DNA of 64,000 nucleotides from an uncultured Gammaproteobacteria bacterium (GTDB taxonomy: Bacteria > Patescibacteriota > Microgenomatia > Daviesbacterales > UBA10151), in NCBI GenBank assembly GCA_964524895.1, contig CAZGFG010000005.1, positions 5,976 to 69,975 of the forward strand, given 5' to 3'. The notes beneath the pieces are model-generated. The model searched no databases. It had not been told where the DNA came from and was given only the letters and a program-made list of their open reading frames with translations. Shown here piece by piece: positions 1-10,104 of this stretch. Both the position numbers and the translations under genes were made by a program. The number at the start of each line of letters is the position of its first letter. Position 1 is the first letter of the stretch.

Positions 1-627
1 GAGATGTAATTGTGTCAAAATCCTGGTGGTTCTGCCATTTCCATCGGTAAAAGGATGAATGGAAGCAAATTCCAGATGCAATATACCGGCGGTAATAACA
101 GGATGCAATCCCTCTTTTGAGGCTTTTTCCAGCCACGCCAATAGTTCTTCAATTAAGACAGGTACCTTTTTTGCCGAGGGAGGCCGGTACATAACATGAT
201 CCACCCCCTTCATGCTGTTGACAACATAAACAGTCGAAGGGCGGAAATGCCCTGATTTATTATCGGTCAGAACCCCTTCCGTTACTTTCTTTTGGATATT
301 TAAGATATCGTCTATATCAAAGCTCTTTTTTTGCTCCGCTATCTGGTCCATAAGCAGTAGGGCATTTTGGTAATTCTTGACCTCCCGAATAGATTTAGGA
401 TCAGCCTTGACAGGCTCGTTAGATAAAACCTTATGTACTTGATATTCAGCCAATTGATTACCTTCTATAGAAGTAGATGTGTGCACCATCCGGATGACAG
501 CTTGTCGTCTTAGTTCGATCTCCCTTTTTGGCAGTACCCGGGATCTTTCAATTATTGTCTTAATCTCGGTAATTTGGCTAATTTTATCTAATATTGATGG
601 GGTTATAGTAAACTTAGGCTCAAACAT
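1..627 (-). CDS. Fic-domain protein (class II, N-terminal inhibitory helix); C-terminus runs off the window edge
   Basis: Manual translation from ATG at 627: MFEPKFTIT...TSTSIEGN (inhibitory motif)...HPFTDGNGRTTR (Fic catalytic motif). Not in the supplied ORF track. Confidence 0.9.
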   Translation of the reverse strand, partial: MFEPKFTITPSILDKISQITEIKTIIERSRVLPKREIELRRQAVIRMVHTSTSIEGNQLAEYQVHKVLSNEPVKADPKSIREVKNYQNALLLMDQIAEQKKSFDIDDILNIQKKVTEGVLTDNKSGHFRPSTVYVVNSMKGVDHVMYRPPSAKKVPVLIEELLAWLEKASKEGLHPVITAGILHLEFASIHPFTDGNGRTTRILTQLHL

Positions 628-758
628 GGATGTATTATACCATAATCACGAAATAATCGCGCAATAAATCGCGAATCATTTCTTATCTCTATCTTTACTC
701 TAATATAAAAAAATAAAATTGGCAATCTTTTATTCAAAACAGTGTTACAATTTTTAGG

Positions 759-2474
759 ATGCTCACCAAAATCTTACTTTTAGTGTTTGTCCTTTCTTTT
801 CTCATTAGGTCAGACCTATCCTTTGACCAGGATTTGGGTAGGCACCTTAAGCTGGGGGAGATAATAACCCAAACCCATACAGTACCCAAAGTTAATCTTT
901 TTTCTTACACAAATCCAAATTTTCCATTTATAAACACCCACTGGCTGTTTGAAGTCTTGGTTTTTATGGGAAGTAACTCTCTGGGTCTCTATACTCTTTT
1001 GATCTTGAAAGTAGCCATTATCTTAATCTCGGTTTGGTTAACCTTAAAGATCATTGCTAGGAATAACTCTGCTTTGCTTTTGCCTGTTGGATTTATCTTT
1101 TTACATGTACTGCGCGAAAGGACAGATTTAAGGCCGGAAATTTTCTCCTTCTTGTTTACAGCATTAACTTTTTATATTTTGGATAAATACGAAAAGTTTG
1201 GCACAAAACTCATTTTTTCCCTTCCGCTCATCCAGCTGATTTGGGTTAACACCCATATCTACTTTCCTATAGGACTTATCCTACAGGCCATATTTTTAAT
1301 TCATATCGGTCTAACGCATCTACGTTTCCACCCCCGAGGTGGAAAGCTAAGGATGCTGGGAATAGTTTTCGTTCTATCGGTTATAGCAAGTTTAATTAAC
1401 CCTCATTTTTTAAAAGGCTTTTTGTATCCCTTAAATGTCTTTGATAACTACGGCTACACAATTGTAGAAAACCAAACCATGTTTCTCTTAGAAAATATTG
1501 GATTTTCCGACCATAACTTTCTCTTTGTCAAACTGGCAGGCGTAATTATCCTATTTTCCATAGTTGTATCCATAATCCGGCGACATATCAATTTGAAATC
1601 TATCTTGCTATCTCTGCTCGGGTTAGGATTGGCTTTAGGCAATGTCCGCAGTTTTCCTTTTCTGGTTCTGATTTCTTTACCGGCTGCCTTAATAAATTTC
1701 GGCCCTATTAAACCTTCACTTTGGACCAAAATTTTATCATTTATAACCGTTACTTTATTGATCGGGGAGTCCTGGTTTTACCTAAACGGGTCATATTACA
1801 CACAAACAGATAGCCAATATAGACCGGGTCTGGCTTTTGAGCAAAATGCTAAAGGAGCTTTGGACCTTGTTTTAAGCCAGAAAATTTTAGGCCCTATTTA
1901 TAACAATTTTGATATAGGCAGCTATATTATTTATAGGGGCTATCCAAATTACCGGGTCTTTATAGACGGCAGACCGGAAGCCTATCCAAAGGAATTTTTT
2001 CAGCAAGTCTATATACCTTCACAATATGATTACCAAAAATTTGAGGATCTTGAACAAAAATATAACTTCCAAACAGTTATATTTTCCCATACCGACCAAA
2101 CTCCCTGGGGGAAAGCTTTTCTGCAATCCATTACCCACGATAATACATGGAAAACAGTTTATCTTGATGACACCATGATAGTTTTAGCAAAGAATCCAAG
2201 TCCTGCTTTGAAGGGCGTAGACCTTACCTCCCTTGACCCCACCCAATACCAATTCTTAAATCATGTGTCCTATTTAAGGATGGGAATATTTTTGATAAGT
2301 ACGGGTTATACCCAAAGCGGGCAGAAGTTTATTCTAAAGTCCCTTCAGTTAAATCCACAAAGCCCTTTGGCAAATCTACTTATGGCCAATATCGAGGCAA
2401 GCAAGGGGGATTTCTTAAATCGGATTGAAGCCTCCAAATATCAACAAAAAGCAAAAAACCTCTTCTTTTGGTAA
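759..2474 (+). CDS. Polytopic membrane protein, GT-C-like glycosyltransferase
   Basis: Multiple TM segments; DLGRHLKLG, HWLFEV, RPEIFS, WVNTH and VFIDGR motifs typical of CPR GT-C-like proteins. Confidence 0.7.
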   Translation: MLTKILLLVFVLSFLIRSDLSFDQDLGRHLKLGEIITQTHTVPKVNLFSYTNPNFPFINTHWLFEVLVFMGSNSLGLYTLLILKVAIILISVWLTLKIIARNNSALLLPVGFIFLHVLRERTDLRPEIFSFLFTALTFYILDKYEKFGTKLIFSLPLIQLIWVNTHIYFPIGLILQAIFLIHIGLTHLRFHPRGGKLRMLGIVFVLSVIASLINPHFLKGFLYPLNVFDNYGYTIVENQTMFLLENIGFSDHNFLFVKLAGVIILFSIVVSIIRRHINLKSILLSLLGLGLALGNVRSFPFLVLISLPAALINFGPIKPSLWTKILSFITVTLLIGESWFYLNGSYYTQTDSQYRPGLAFEQNAKGALDLVLSQKILGPIYNNFDIGSYIIYRGYPNYRVFIDGRPEAYPKEFFQQVYIPSQYDYQKFEDLEQKYNFQTVIFSHTDQTPWGKAFLQSITHDNTWKTVYLDDTMIVLAKNPSPALKGVDLTSLDPTQYQFLNHVSYLRMGIFLISTGYTQSGQKFILKSLQLNPQSPLANLLMANIEASKGDFLNRIEASKYQQKAKNLFFW

Positions 2475-2497
2475 ATCTGATATGATATCTTAAAGCT

Positions 2498-3433
2498 ATG
2501 AAAATACTTATTACTGGTGGAGCGGGTTTTATTGGTTCCCATATACAGGACAAGTTCTTGGAGTTGGGTCATGAAGTGGCGGTTTTAGATAACTTGAGGT
2601 CCGGCAAAAAAGAAAACTTAAATCCCAAAACCACATTTTTTGAAATAGATATTACTAATTTAGACTCCTTTAGAAGTGCAGTCTTAAAGTTTACCCCGGA
2701 AGTTATTTTCCACTTGGCTGCCCAAAATGAAGTGCCGTATTCTATGGAGCATCCCTTTGAAGATGAAAAAATAAATATCGTGGGAATGATGAATTTGATG
2801 GAGGCTGCAAAAGAGAGTGGGGTTAAAAAAGTTATTTACTCCAATACCGGAGGAGCTTTTTATGGGGATGTGCCGGAGGAGAATTTACCCATTAAAGAGG
2901 ACCAGCCCGTTAACAAGCCGACTTCTTTCTATGGAGTATCTAAATTATCAGCAGAATATTACTTAAAACTATATGGAAATTTGCATAATATAGGGTGGAT
3001 CTCCCTGCGTTATTCGAATGTTTATGGCCCCAGACAGGCAGGCAATAAAGAAGCAGGAGTGGTAGCTATATTTACTGAAAAACTTATGAGAAATAGTCAG
3101 CCAACAATCTTTGGAGAAGGGCACCATACCAGGGATTATATATATGTTGCAGATGTAGTTGAGGCAAATATTAAAGCATCAGACTTTGTCGGGTCGGACT
3201 ATTTTAATATATCTACAGGGGTAGAAACGGCAACGCAGACGGTTTTCGATACTATCGAGCATGCTTTACACACCGGTATTAAACCGGAATATGCCCCCAA
3301 CAGGCCCGGGGATGCATTTAGGGTCTGTTTAGATCCAAACAAAGCCAAGGAAAAATTGAATTGGGAAGCAAAGGTAGATTTTTCCGAAGGAATAGAGAAA
3401 ACAATAAAATTTTACCAACAAAGTTTAGGATAA
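2498..3433 (+). CDS. NAD-dependent epimerase/dehydratase (UDP-glucose 4-epimerase-like)
   Basis: TGGAGFIGSH, YGVSK, RYSNVYGPRQ, RDYIYV. Confidence 0.92.
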   Translation: MKILITGGAGFIGSHIQDKFLELGHEVAVLDNLRSGKKENLNPKTTFFEIDITNLDSFRSAVLKFTPEVIFHLAAQNEVPYSMEHPFEDEKINIVGMMNLMEAAKESGVKKVIYSNTGGAFYGDVPEENLPIKEDQPVNKPTSFYGVSKLSAEYYLKLYGNLHNIGWISLRYSNVYGPRQAGNKEAGVVAIFTEKLMRNSQPTIFGEGHHTRDYIYVADVVEANIKASDFVGSDYFNISTGVETATQTVFDTIEHALHTGIKPEYAPNRPGDAFRVCLDPNKAKEKLNWEAKVDFSEGIEKTIKFYQQSLG

Positions 3434-3444
3434 AACCTTAAGAC

Positions 3445-3942
3445 TTATTGATTATTCTTATCGGCCGTAGAGAGTTTCTCCAGATTTCCATTTAGATAGT
3501 TGATATCATCCAATACATATTTCCATTCATCATTGTTAATATTTTTAGGGTAATAGACATAGAGGGCATAAAGGGCTCTTTGGTGGTTCCTAAATTGCTC
3601 GGTCACTACAGGGATTTTATCCTTTAAATTATTGGCAATAATGTAATCTGTTAAATTACCGGCAACTGCCGCATATCTCAAACTGGAGGACCAAAGATAT
3701 GTGTATTGTTGGGATTTTACCAGATGGTCTAATTCAGCAAGTCTTTGGTCCAGTAAATATTGCTGATAGTCGGCTTTGGCAGTGGGGGAAGTAGAAATTG
3801 CCGAAAAAAGTTTTTCCTGCAAGCGTTTTAAATTATAAAGTGGAGGAAAATCCGGGTTGGATCTTGGGGATAAAAATAAGGCAACTACAAAAATTGCCAG
3901 AAGTACGATCAGGATTCTTTTGATATCTTTAGAACTTGGCAT
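3445..3942 (-). CDS. Membrane-anchored helical protein (DUF5667-like)
   Basis: N-terminal TM followed by P..PLYNLKRLQEK and RLAE motifs. Confidence 0.6.
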   Translation of the reverse strand: MPSSKDIKRILIVLLAIFVVALFLSPRSNPDFPPLYNLKRLQEKLFSAISTSPTAKADYQQYLLDQRLAELDHLVKSQQYTYLWSSSLRYAAVAGNLTDYIIANNLKDKIPVVTEQFRNHQRALYALYVYYPKNINNDEWKYVLDDINYLNGNLEKLSTADKNNQ

Positions 3943-4054
3943 AACGGATAACTTAATACCATACTTTTTATAAAAAGATCAATAGTGTAAATTATAAGCT
4001 TCCGCGGGCCTAGGACTTTATATCTCTGGTTATATGTTGTAAAATTAAGCACAT

Positions 4055-4127
4055 GCCGAAGTTGCCAACGTGGTCAAGGCGGGCGCCTGAAGAGCGTCTT
4101 ATCGGTGTTCGATTCACCGCTTCGGCA
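4055..4127 (+). tRNA. tRNA-Phe(GAA)
   Basis: Acceptor GCCGAAG/CTTCGGC; anticodon arm GGCGC-CTGAAGA-GCGTC; T arm CGGTG-TTCGATT-CACCG. Confidence 0.9.
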
Positions 4128-4136
4128 CACCATTTT

Positions 4137-4157
4137 GCGGCGGTAGTTCAGTGGTAG
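4137..4157 (+). repeat. Exact 21-bp duplicate of the tRNA-Gly 5' end
   Basis: GCGGCGGTAGTTCAGTGGTAG is identical to 4209-4229. Confidence 0.9.
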
Positions 4158-4208
4158 GCTAGTCTTCCAGACTGGTCCTGCCACTTCCTCCCTCCGCTTG
4201 TTATACTC

Positions 4209-4280
4209 GCGGCGGTAGTTCAGTGGTAGAATGTCTCGTTGCCAACGAGAAGGTCGCCGGTCCAAATCCGGTCCGCCGCT
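4209..4280 (+). tRNA. tRNA-Gly(GCC)
   Basis: Acceptor GCGGCGG/CCGCCGC; anticodon arm TCTCG-TTGCCAA-CGAGA; atypical T loop TCCAAAT. Confidence 0.88.
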
Positions 4281-4287
4281 CTTATAA

Positions 4288-4307
4288 TCCTGAGCGAAGT
4301 CGAAGGA
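4288..4307. repeat. REP-like palindrome (CCTGAG...CGAAGG family)
   Basis: TCCTGAGCGAAGTCGAAGGA; relatives at 10127-10189 and 15558-15581. Confidence 0.7.
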
Positions 4308-4368
4308 CAATTGACAGTTATCGACATAAATATACATAAATTGACAGAAAAGTTACAATAATTGACAT

Positions 4369-5739
4369 ATGGATGAACAGTTAAAACCAAATCAAATAGA
4401 GGCTGATATAAGACACAAAGAAGCATGGGGCGGAGTTACTGACCCAAAAGAACATCAAGACAACCACTTTCGTTATCTTGTCTACGCATTTAAACCATAT
4501 GCTGCAATTGGTCAAAGAATAGTGAGTGTTAATGTTGCTAAAGCAGATTTAGAAACAAGACAAACGGGTAGTGTAGTAGATTTATTAAATAATCCTGACA
4601 AGATTAGTAAAAGAGAGTTTATAAGCCTATCATTGATAGACGAAAAACATCGTGCCACTTGGGGAAATTATGGATTAGTCGTCGAGGTTCCTAAAGTCAA
4701 TGTAATTTTGGTTTCTACCAGCGATGCCGGCTCGGTACACGCTTCTACTGATGTTTTAAAGCAACAAGCACAAGAACATCCACCAATAAGCTGGGATCAG
4801 CTTTTAGCAAACTCTTCACCCAATACCTATAATGAGGTTGTTGCCTTAGGGAGTAGCGGGCAAGGTGAGGCAAAAGTTGTAGGATTTTTTGCCAAAATTG
4901 ATGAGGGGGGGTATTTAGATCGGTCCCAAGTATATAAGTTGAAACAACATGCAGAGCGTTTAAATTTGCCTTTTATCGAGATAAAAGCAGAAAATCCCTA
5001 TGAACAAGACTCATTTGAATTTACATCAAATGGAGACGGAGTTTATGTTACCCATGCAGGGAAAAGATATATCTTGCGCTCAGGTGGTAAACCCGAATTT
5101 GATATTCTAAACTCGCGCAGAAAGAACCATTTTATGTCTCCCACCGAGGCAGACGAATTTTTTAAGTTTTTTGAAGCGGCTATTAATAACGGACAGACAT
5201 CAATAGGAAAAGCTATCTTGGATAATTTGAGAAAAGAGTATGAGTTGCTAAATAAAACCAGAAGATCTCCATCATTCAAAGTTGATAAGGATGGTAATGT
5301 TGAAAGTTTCAGTTTTTTTACCGGATATGATACTCAGGAATTTGAATATGCTATCAATCAGCATGGTGCTCATAAGATCAATACTACAGGATTAAAAGCA
5401 GAAATGGAAAAGAGCTTAGTAGAGGGTGATTCTTACATTCATCCAAATGACATCTCACATTACCAAGTTCGAGTTAGTCCTGAAGAAATAAAAAAATTAT
5501 TGAAAGATATTTCTGGGTTTGCTGATCCTGAAATAGTTAAAAAAGCAAACGAATTTATCGATGCCCACAGAGAACAAATGCGTGATACATATAATCAAGA
5601 AGTCAGGATGCGTAATAAAGCATCAAAAATAACCACTAGTTTTTATGCAGTTGATTACGGAAAGTTTCTGAGTGACATCAAGCCATTTTCGAGTGATATA
5701 GAATTTAAGCCCAAAGATAAACCTACAGACGGAGATTAG
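4369..5739 (+). CDS. Hypothetical protein (456 aa)
   Basis: Long ORF downstream of TTGACA...TACAAT promoter elements; no recognised family. Confidence 0.75.
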   Translation: MDEQLKPNQIEADIRHKEAWGGVTDPKEHQDNHFRYLVYAFKPYAAIGQRIVSVNVAKADLETRQTGSVVDLLNNPDKISKREFISLSLIDEKHRATWGNYGLVVEVPKVNVILVSTSDAGSVHASTDVLKQQAQEHPPISWDQLLANSSPNTYNEVVALGSSGQGEAKVVGFFAKIDEGGYLDRSQVYKLKQHAERLNLPFIEIKAENPYEQDSFEFTSNGDGVYVTHAGKRYILRSGGKPEFDILNSRRKNHFMSPTEADEFFKFFEAAINNGQTSIGKAILDNLRKEYELLNKTRRSPSFKVDKDGNVESFSFFTGYDTQEFEYAINQHGAHKINTTGLKAEMEKSLVEGDSYIHPNDISHYQVRVSPEEIKKLLKDISGFADPEIVKKANEFIDAHREQMRDTYNQEVRMRNKASKITTSFYAVDYGKFLSDIKPFSSDIEFKPKDKPTDGD

Positions 5740-5831
5740 TGCTAATCCTTATAACGAAGTTTGCTGGAAGATGCGAAAGACTGTACGCCCAAATGTGTTC
5801 ACACCCCAGGGGTGTAAACCTAAACAGGGAG

Positions 5832-6023
5832 CTATTTAGAAAAGTACCATTTCCAAACCAAATATACACCGGAAGATCCGGAGAAGATGGCAAAGATCCT
5901 TTTAACAATAGTGCCGAAAAAAGACTCTAATATATCAAAACCAACAACCCCCTCTATACCAAAATTAATGGCTGCAATAATAACTAAAACAGTAGCAATA
6001 GTATCTACTAAAAAGTATAGGGG
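5832..6023 (-). pseudogene. DUF378-like small membrane protein lacking a start codon
   Basis: Reads PLYFLVDTIATVLVIIAAINFGIEGVVGFDILESFFG...RIFAIFSGSSGVYLV; in-frame TGA immediately upstream and no ATG. Confidence 0.55.
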
Positions 6024-6105
6024 TCAATACAAAAAAAGTAAGCCATCTCCTAAATGGAAGAGTGCCCGTTGACATAATAACTTACTTTATGTTAATTCTG
6101 CCAAA

Positions 6106-7191
6106 GTGGAGGAGTTATGGTTTAGGGTAAAGCTTTGGTTGATGAAATTGGCCTATGTCAAAAAAAGAAGCAGGCTTAAAAGATATGGTCTTCCACTTGT
6201 ACTCGTACTAATTACATTCTCTTTTGTTATCCTCTCACCCAAAACATATTTCCATTTATTCCACGGTCAAACCACCGCATTTTTAACATTAACTTTTATT
6301 GTAACTTTGAGTTCTTGGTATGGAGGATTTGGTCCGGGTATTTTTGCAACGGTTATAACAGCAGCACTTAACTACTATGTTATCTTAAGGGCAGACCCTT
6401 CTTATCAACCTTTACAGGGAGACCTACTGCTTACCTTTATTTATTTATTAGAAGGAATTGTTATCAGTATCCTTTCAGAAGCCAGATATGAAGCAGACCT
6501 TAAAAAAGATGAATTCATCGGTATTGCTGCCCATGAGTTAAAAACACCCTTAAGCACCATCAAAGGTTTTGCAGAACTTCTTGCTAAAGCCTCCAGGAAA
6601 TTAAGCCAAAAGAAAATAATTTCATATGCATCGGAGATAGAACTTCAATCAGACAGACTTCTAAGTCTGGTTGAAGGCCTTTTAAATGTCACTAAAATAG
6701 AGATAGGAAAGTTCGAATATAAAGATGAGCCATTTGATTTAAATGATTTGGTAAGAGAAGTTATCAGTTACCAAAAACTCATAGAAAAAAACAGAAAAAT
6801 TACTCTTGTAGGTAAATGTAAAAAAATTATCTGTGGTGATCGCTATCGGATTGGACAAGTAATAACCAATCTTCTAACAAATGCTATCAAATATTCTCCC
6901 CCAAAGAGTAAAATAGAAATTAGAATAAAGGAGAAGGGTAAAAGTGTTTTTTTAAGCATTAAAGATTATGGTATCGGAATCCCAAAATCCGACCAGAAAC
7001 ATATCTTCAGTCAATATTACCAAGCTAAAAAAGCCCATGATGGCACAACAGAAGGATTAGGTATGGGACTATACATCTCATCCCAAATTATTAAAAACTA
7101 CCATGGGAAACTCTGGGTAAAGAACAACCGGGGAAAGGGTTCTACCTTCTTTCTGGAACTACCCAACAGTAACTCTAGATCATGGACTTAA
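6106..7191 (+). CDS. Orphan sensor histidine kinase (DUF4118-like TM region + HisKA + HATPase_c)
   Basis: AAHELKTPL H-box, NLLTNAIKYS N-box, DYGIGI, GLGMGL. Confidence 0.92.
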   Translation: MEELWFRVKLWLMKLAYVKKRSRLKRYGLPLVLVLITFSFVILSPKTYFHLFHGQTTAFLTLTFIVTLSSWYGGFGPGIFATVITAALNYYVILRADPSYQPLQGDLLLTFIYLLEGIVISILSEARYEADLKKDEFIGIAAHELKTPLSTIKGFAELLAKASRKLSQKKIISYASEIELQSDRLLSLVEGLLNVTKIEIGKFEYKDEPFDLNDLVREVISYQKLIEKNRKITLVGKCKKIICGDRYRIGQVITNLLTNAIKYSPPKSKIEIRIKEKGKSVFLSIKDYGIGIPKSDQKHIFSQYYQAKKAHDGTTEGLGMGLYISSQIIKNYHGKLWVKNNRGKGSTFFLELPNSNSRSWT

Positions 7192-7213
7192 ATGAGTCTG
7201 GTAGAATACTTGC

Positions 7214-8662
7214 ATGTATTATGCAAGCCGATATTTACTGTTTATTTTAATTTTTTCCCTTTTTTCTTTCACAATCCCATCATATAAAAATATTCTTTTT
7301 TCCACCAAATTTGTTGATGAAGAAGAAAATTTTGCTGTCGGAAAATATATAATCCGCGGAGAGATCTTTTATGAGGATATTGCAACTAACCACTTACCAC
7401 TGGCTGGTTTATTAAGCGGACTTATCCAAAAGCGAGATAATCCAGCTACCACCCATGATCTTATTGAGACTCAAAGGACATTTATTACCACATGGTCCTT
7501 GATCTGGGCCACTGTCTTGGTATTCTACTTTGGTCTGGCGGGCTTATTGTTTTCTTTTATCTTTGAGCTTACCAGAATCCATTTTTACGGCAATTTATTT
7601 TTGGCAGAAACCTTCACTGCATACCCTTTAGCTTTTCTAGCTGGACTTATAATTTTTAAGAAAGGTCCACTGAAACCATTTGAATTATTCTTTGCAGGAA
7701 CCCTGCTTGCTTTTCTGGCTTTAACTTTAGGTCCAATTTGGCCTGCGCTATTTCTCTTAACTATTTTATTGGTGGTAAAACAGCCTCTAAGAGATTTGCC
7801 GCTCGCTTTTCTGGGTGCACTATTGGTTTTCCTGCTGGTGCTTCCTTTTGTCAAAATATCCGGATACTTCCAATATTACATTTATGGGAATTTACAAAAT
7901 ATGGTTCCAAAAACATTAGATTATTGGATCCCGGCTTTAGGAAAATCATTCTTCTCTCCTATACTTTCCTTTGAGGGCCAAGCTCTTGATGACAATCTAA
8001 GATTAATCAGAACTCTTTCGGTAATACTAATTGTAAACCTTGCTTACCTTATCCTTCAGAAAAAATTTAGTTTGGCAGCTGCAATTTTTACCTTTTTGGG
8101 GTTACTAAACCTAAGATCTGTCCCTATAAGTGAAGGACATGCAGACGGTTTCCATCTATTGCCTTGGTATGCTTCCTTAGTATTTATTGCCTCTTCTTTA
8201 TTCGCCCTACAGCTCAAAAGTAAATCCTCTTATTTATTAAAAATCACAAATATTGGTGTATTAATTCTGGCTTTGTTTTTTTCTATTCAATATGCAAGGC
8301 AAAACCTTTTTATCAAGAAAGATGCACAAGCAGATTATCAGGTATTTTTCTCAACCCATACCAAAATAGGGGAAAGCATTAAAAGTATGAAAAAAGAAGG
8401 GGATACCTTATTTGTTTTTGCGGATGCTTGGCTTGTTTACTGGCAATCTGATGCAAACCACATACCTAAACTTTTTGGCTACTACACCTGGATGGCAGGG
8501 GTACCGGAAATCCGCCAGGCAGTAAATAAAGCTTTTGTAGAATATCCTCCCACTTACTTTTATTGTGAGGGTTGTAAACATACCGATTTATACCAATATT
8601 TGGAAAAATATAAAGAAGCAGCGGGATACGAAGGAAAACAGAACCTTTTTATTCTCCGGTAG
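7214..8662 (+). CDS. Polytopic membrane protein, GT-C-like
   Basis: FVDEEEN motif after TM1, NHLP motif, about 11 TM segments. Confidence 0.7.
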   Translation: MYYASRYLLFILIFSLFSFTIPSYKNILFSTKFVDEEENFAVGKYIIRGEIFYEDIATNHLPLAGLLSGLIQKRDNPATTHDLIETQRTFITTWSLIWATVLVFYFGLAGLLFSFIFELTRIHFYGNLFLAETFTAYPLAFLAGLIIFKKGPLKPFELFFAGTLLAFLALTLGPIWPALFLLTILLVVKQPLRDLPLAFLGALLVFLLVLPFVKISGYFQYYIYGNLQNMVPKTLDYWIPALGKSFFSPILSFEGQALDDNLRLIRTLSVILIVNLAYLILQKKFSLAAAIFTFLGLLNLRSVPISEGHADGFHLLPWYASLVFIASSLFALQLKSKSSYLLKITNIGVLILALFFSIQYARQNLFIKKDAQADYQVFFSTHTKIGESIKSMKKEGDTLFVFADAWLVYWQSDANHIPKLFGYYTWMAGVPEIRQAVNKAFVEYPPTYFYCEGCKHTDLYQYLEKYKEAAGYEGKQNLFILR

Positions 8663-8711
8663 AACTATCCTCAAAGGATAAAAATTGATATAATTCTCAC
8701 GGCTCAACTAT

Positions 8712-8782
8712 TGCGGGGTCGTTCAATGGTAGGACGACAGACTTTGGATCTGTCTATCATGGTTCGAATCCATGCCCCGCAG
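8712..8782 (+). tRNA. tRNA-Gln(TTG)
   Basis: Acceptor TGCGGGG/CCCCGCA; anticodon arm ACAGA-CTTTGGA-TCTGT; T arm CATGG-TTCGAAT-CCATG. Confidence 0.93.
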
Positions 8783-8830
8783 CACAGCTTGTTCTGACAA
8801 CCTAAACTAAATCTCTGATATACTCAGGAT

Positions 8831-10075
8831 ATGGACAAGACGATTATACCTAATTACAAATTACCAAGTTTATTAAACGTTCCTTCAACTTTCTTAAAAT
8901 TATTAGGTGCAAACCCTATCAAGAATATACTCCCTGAAAGTTACTATAAAAACTCAATAGGTTGTGAAAAGGTAGTATTTTTTCTTCTGGATGGATTCGG
9001 CCATAATCTATATCAAAAAGTTGGCCTGAAGTATCCTTTCTTTAAGAAGTATGCAGAGAAAGGAATCTATAACCCCATTCAAACTGTTTTTCCCTCCACA
9101 ACCGCAGCAGCTATTTCAACAATAAATAGCGGTTTGTCTCCTATTGAGCATGGCTTACCAGAATGGTATCTCTACTTTCAGGAGTTAGATGCAATCCTAG
9201 AAAGCTTACCGTTTACACCAGCTTTTAAGGAAGATCTAGATAAATTAAAAGCAGCTCCACCTAAAATATTATTCAATCAAAAGACAGTTTATGAGTACTT
9301 AAATGAGGTTCATGTGCCTTCTTATATATTTTTAAATAGGTATTTAGCGGAAAGTTTTTATAATATCCAAGCAAATAAGGGAGCGGTTGTTATTCCTTAT
9401 AATACATATCCCAATCTAATGGTTCAATTACGGAAATTACTCAATAAATCAAAAGGTAAGGCCTATATTTATGTATATATTTCTGCTATTGATAGTGCTG
9501 AGCATGAATTTGGTCCATGGGCTGAAGAAGTAGAGGTTGAAATATCGTCACTCTCCTACCTTTTAGAGGCTGAATTTGTTAATAAGATTGACCAAAATAT
9601 AGCGAATCAGATTGCTTTATTTATGACTGCAGATCACGGACAGATTGCTACTGATCCTAAAGAAACATTTTATCTGGATACCATACCCGGATTTAAAGAA
9701 TTTTTTAAGGTAGGTGCCGACGGTGAACCTATATTACCAACAGGAAATGTTAGGGATGTTTTGCTTAATATTAAACCTGAAAAGCAAGATGAGGCGATAG
9801 GATTACTAAAATCTAAATTGCCCAGTGGAACTCAGATATTAAAAATTACCAACTGTATAAAGCAAGGATGGTTTGGAAGCGGTAATACTCATCAGGAATT
9901 CCTTAATAGAACAGGTGATTTGTTAATATTACCGAATGGTGCAGATACTATTTGGTATCACTATACTCCGGAAAGCAGTTACAAATTTAAAGGAAATCAT
10001 GGTGGACAGAGCGAAGATGAGACTCTAATACCTTTTGTAAGCGCAAAATTATCTGATATGCAGAATAATTATTAA
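8831..10075 (+). CDS. Alkaline phosphatase superfamily protein (nucleotide pyrophosphatase/phosphodiesterase-like)
   Basis: LLDGFG, TVFPSTT, DSAEH, TADHG, GNHGG. Confidence 0.88.
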   Translation: MDKTIIPNYKLPSLLNVPSTFLKLLGANPIKNILPESYYKNSIGCEKVVFFLLDGFGHNLYQKVGLKYPFFKKYAEKGIYNPIQTVFPSTTAAAISTINSGLSPIEHGLPEWYLYFQELDAILESLPFTPAFKEDLDKLKAAPPKILFNQKTVYEYLNEVHVPSYIFLNRYLAESFYNIQANKGAVVIPYNTYPNLMVQLRKLLNKSKGKAYIYVYISAIDSAEHEFGPWAEEVEVEISSLSYLLEAEFVNKIDQNIANQIALFMTADHGQIATDPKETFYLDTIPGFKEFFKVGADGEPILPTGNVRDVLLNIKPEKQDEAIGLLKSKLPSGTQILKITNCIKQGWFGSGNTHQEFLNRTGDLLILPNGADTIWYHYTPESSYKFKGNHGGQSEDETLIPFVSAKLSDMQNNY

Positions 10076-10104
10076 ACCATAACTATTCATTAAACAGGTT
10101 CTAA

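Noticed and set aside
4074-4426. Minus-strand ORFs over the tRNA-Phe/Gly cluster (also 22646-22849 over tRNA-Leu)
   Set aside because: Shadow frames of tRNA genes
5832-6026. TGA readthrough (genetic code 25) to rescue the DUF378-like gene
   Set aside because: TGA is used as a normal stop in many genes here (e.g. recG, pheT, atpC), so a pseudogene is more likely
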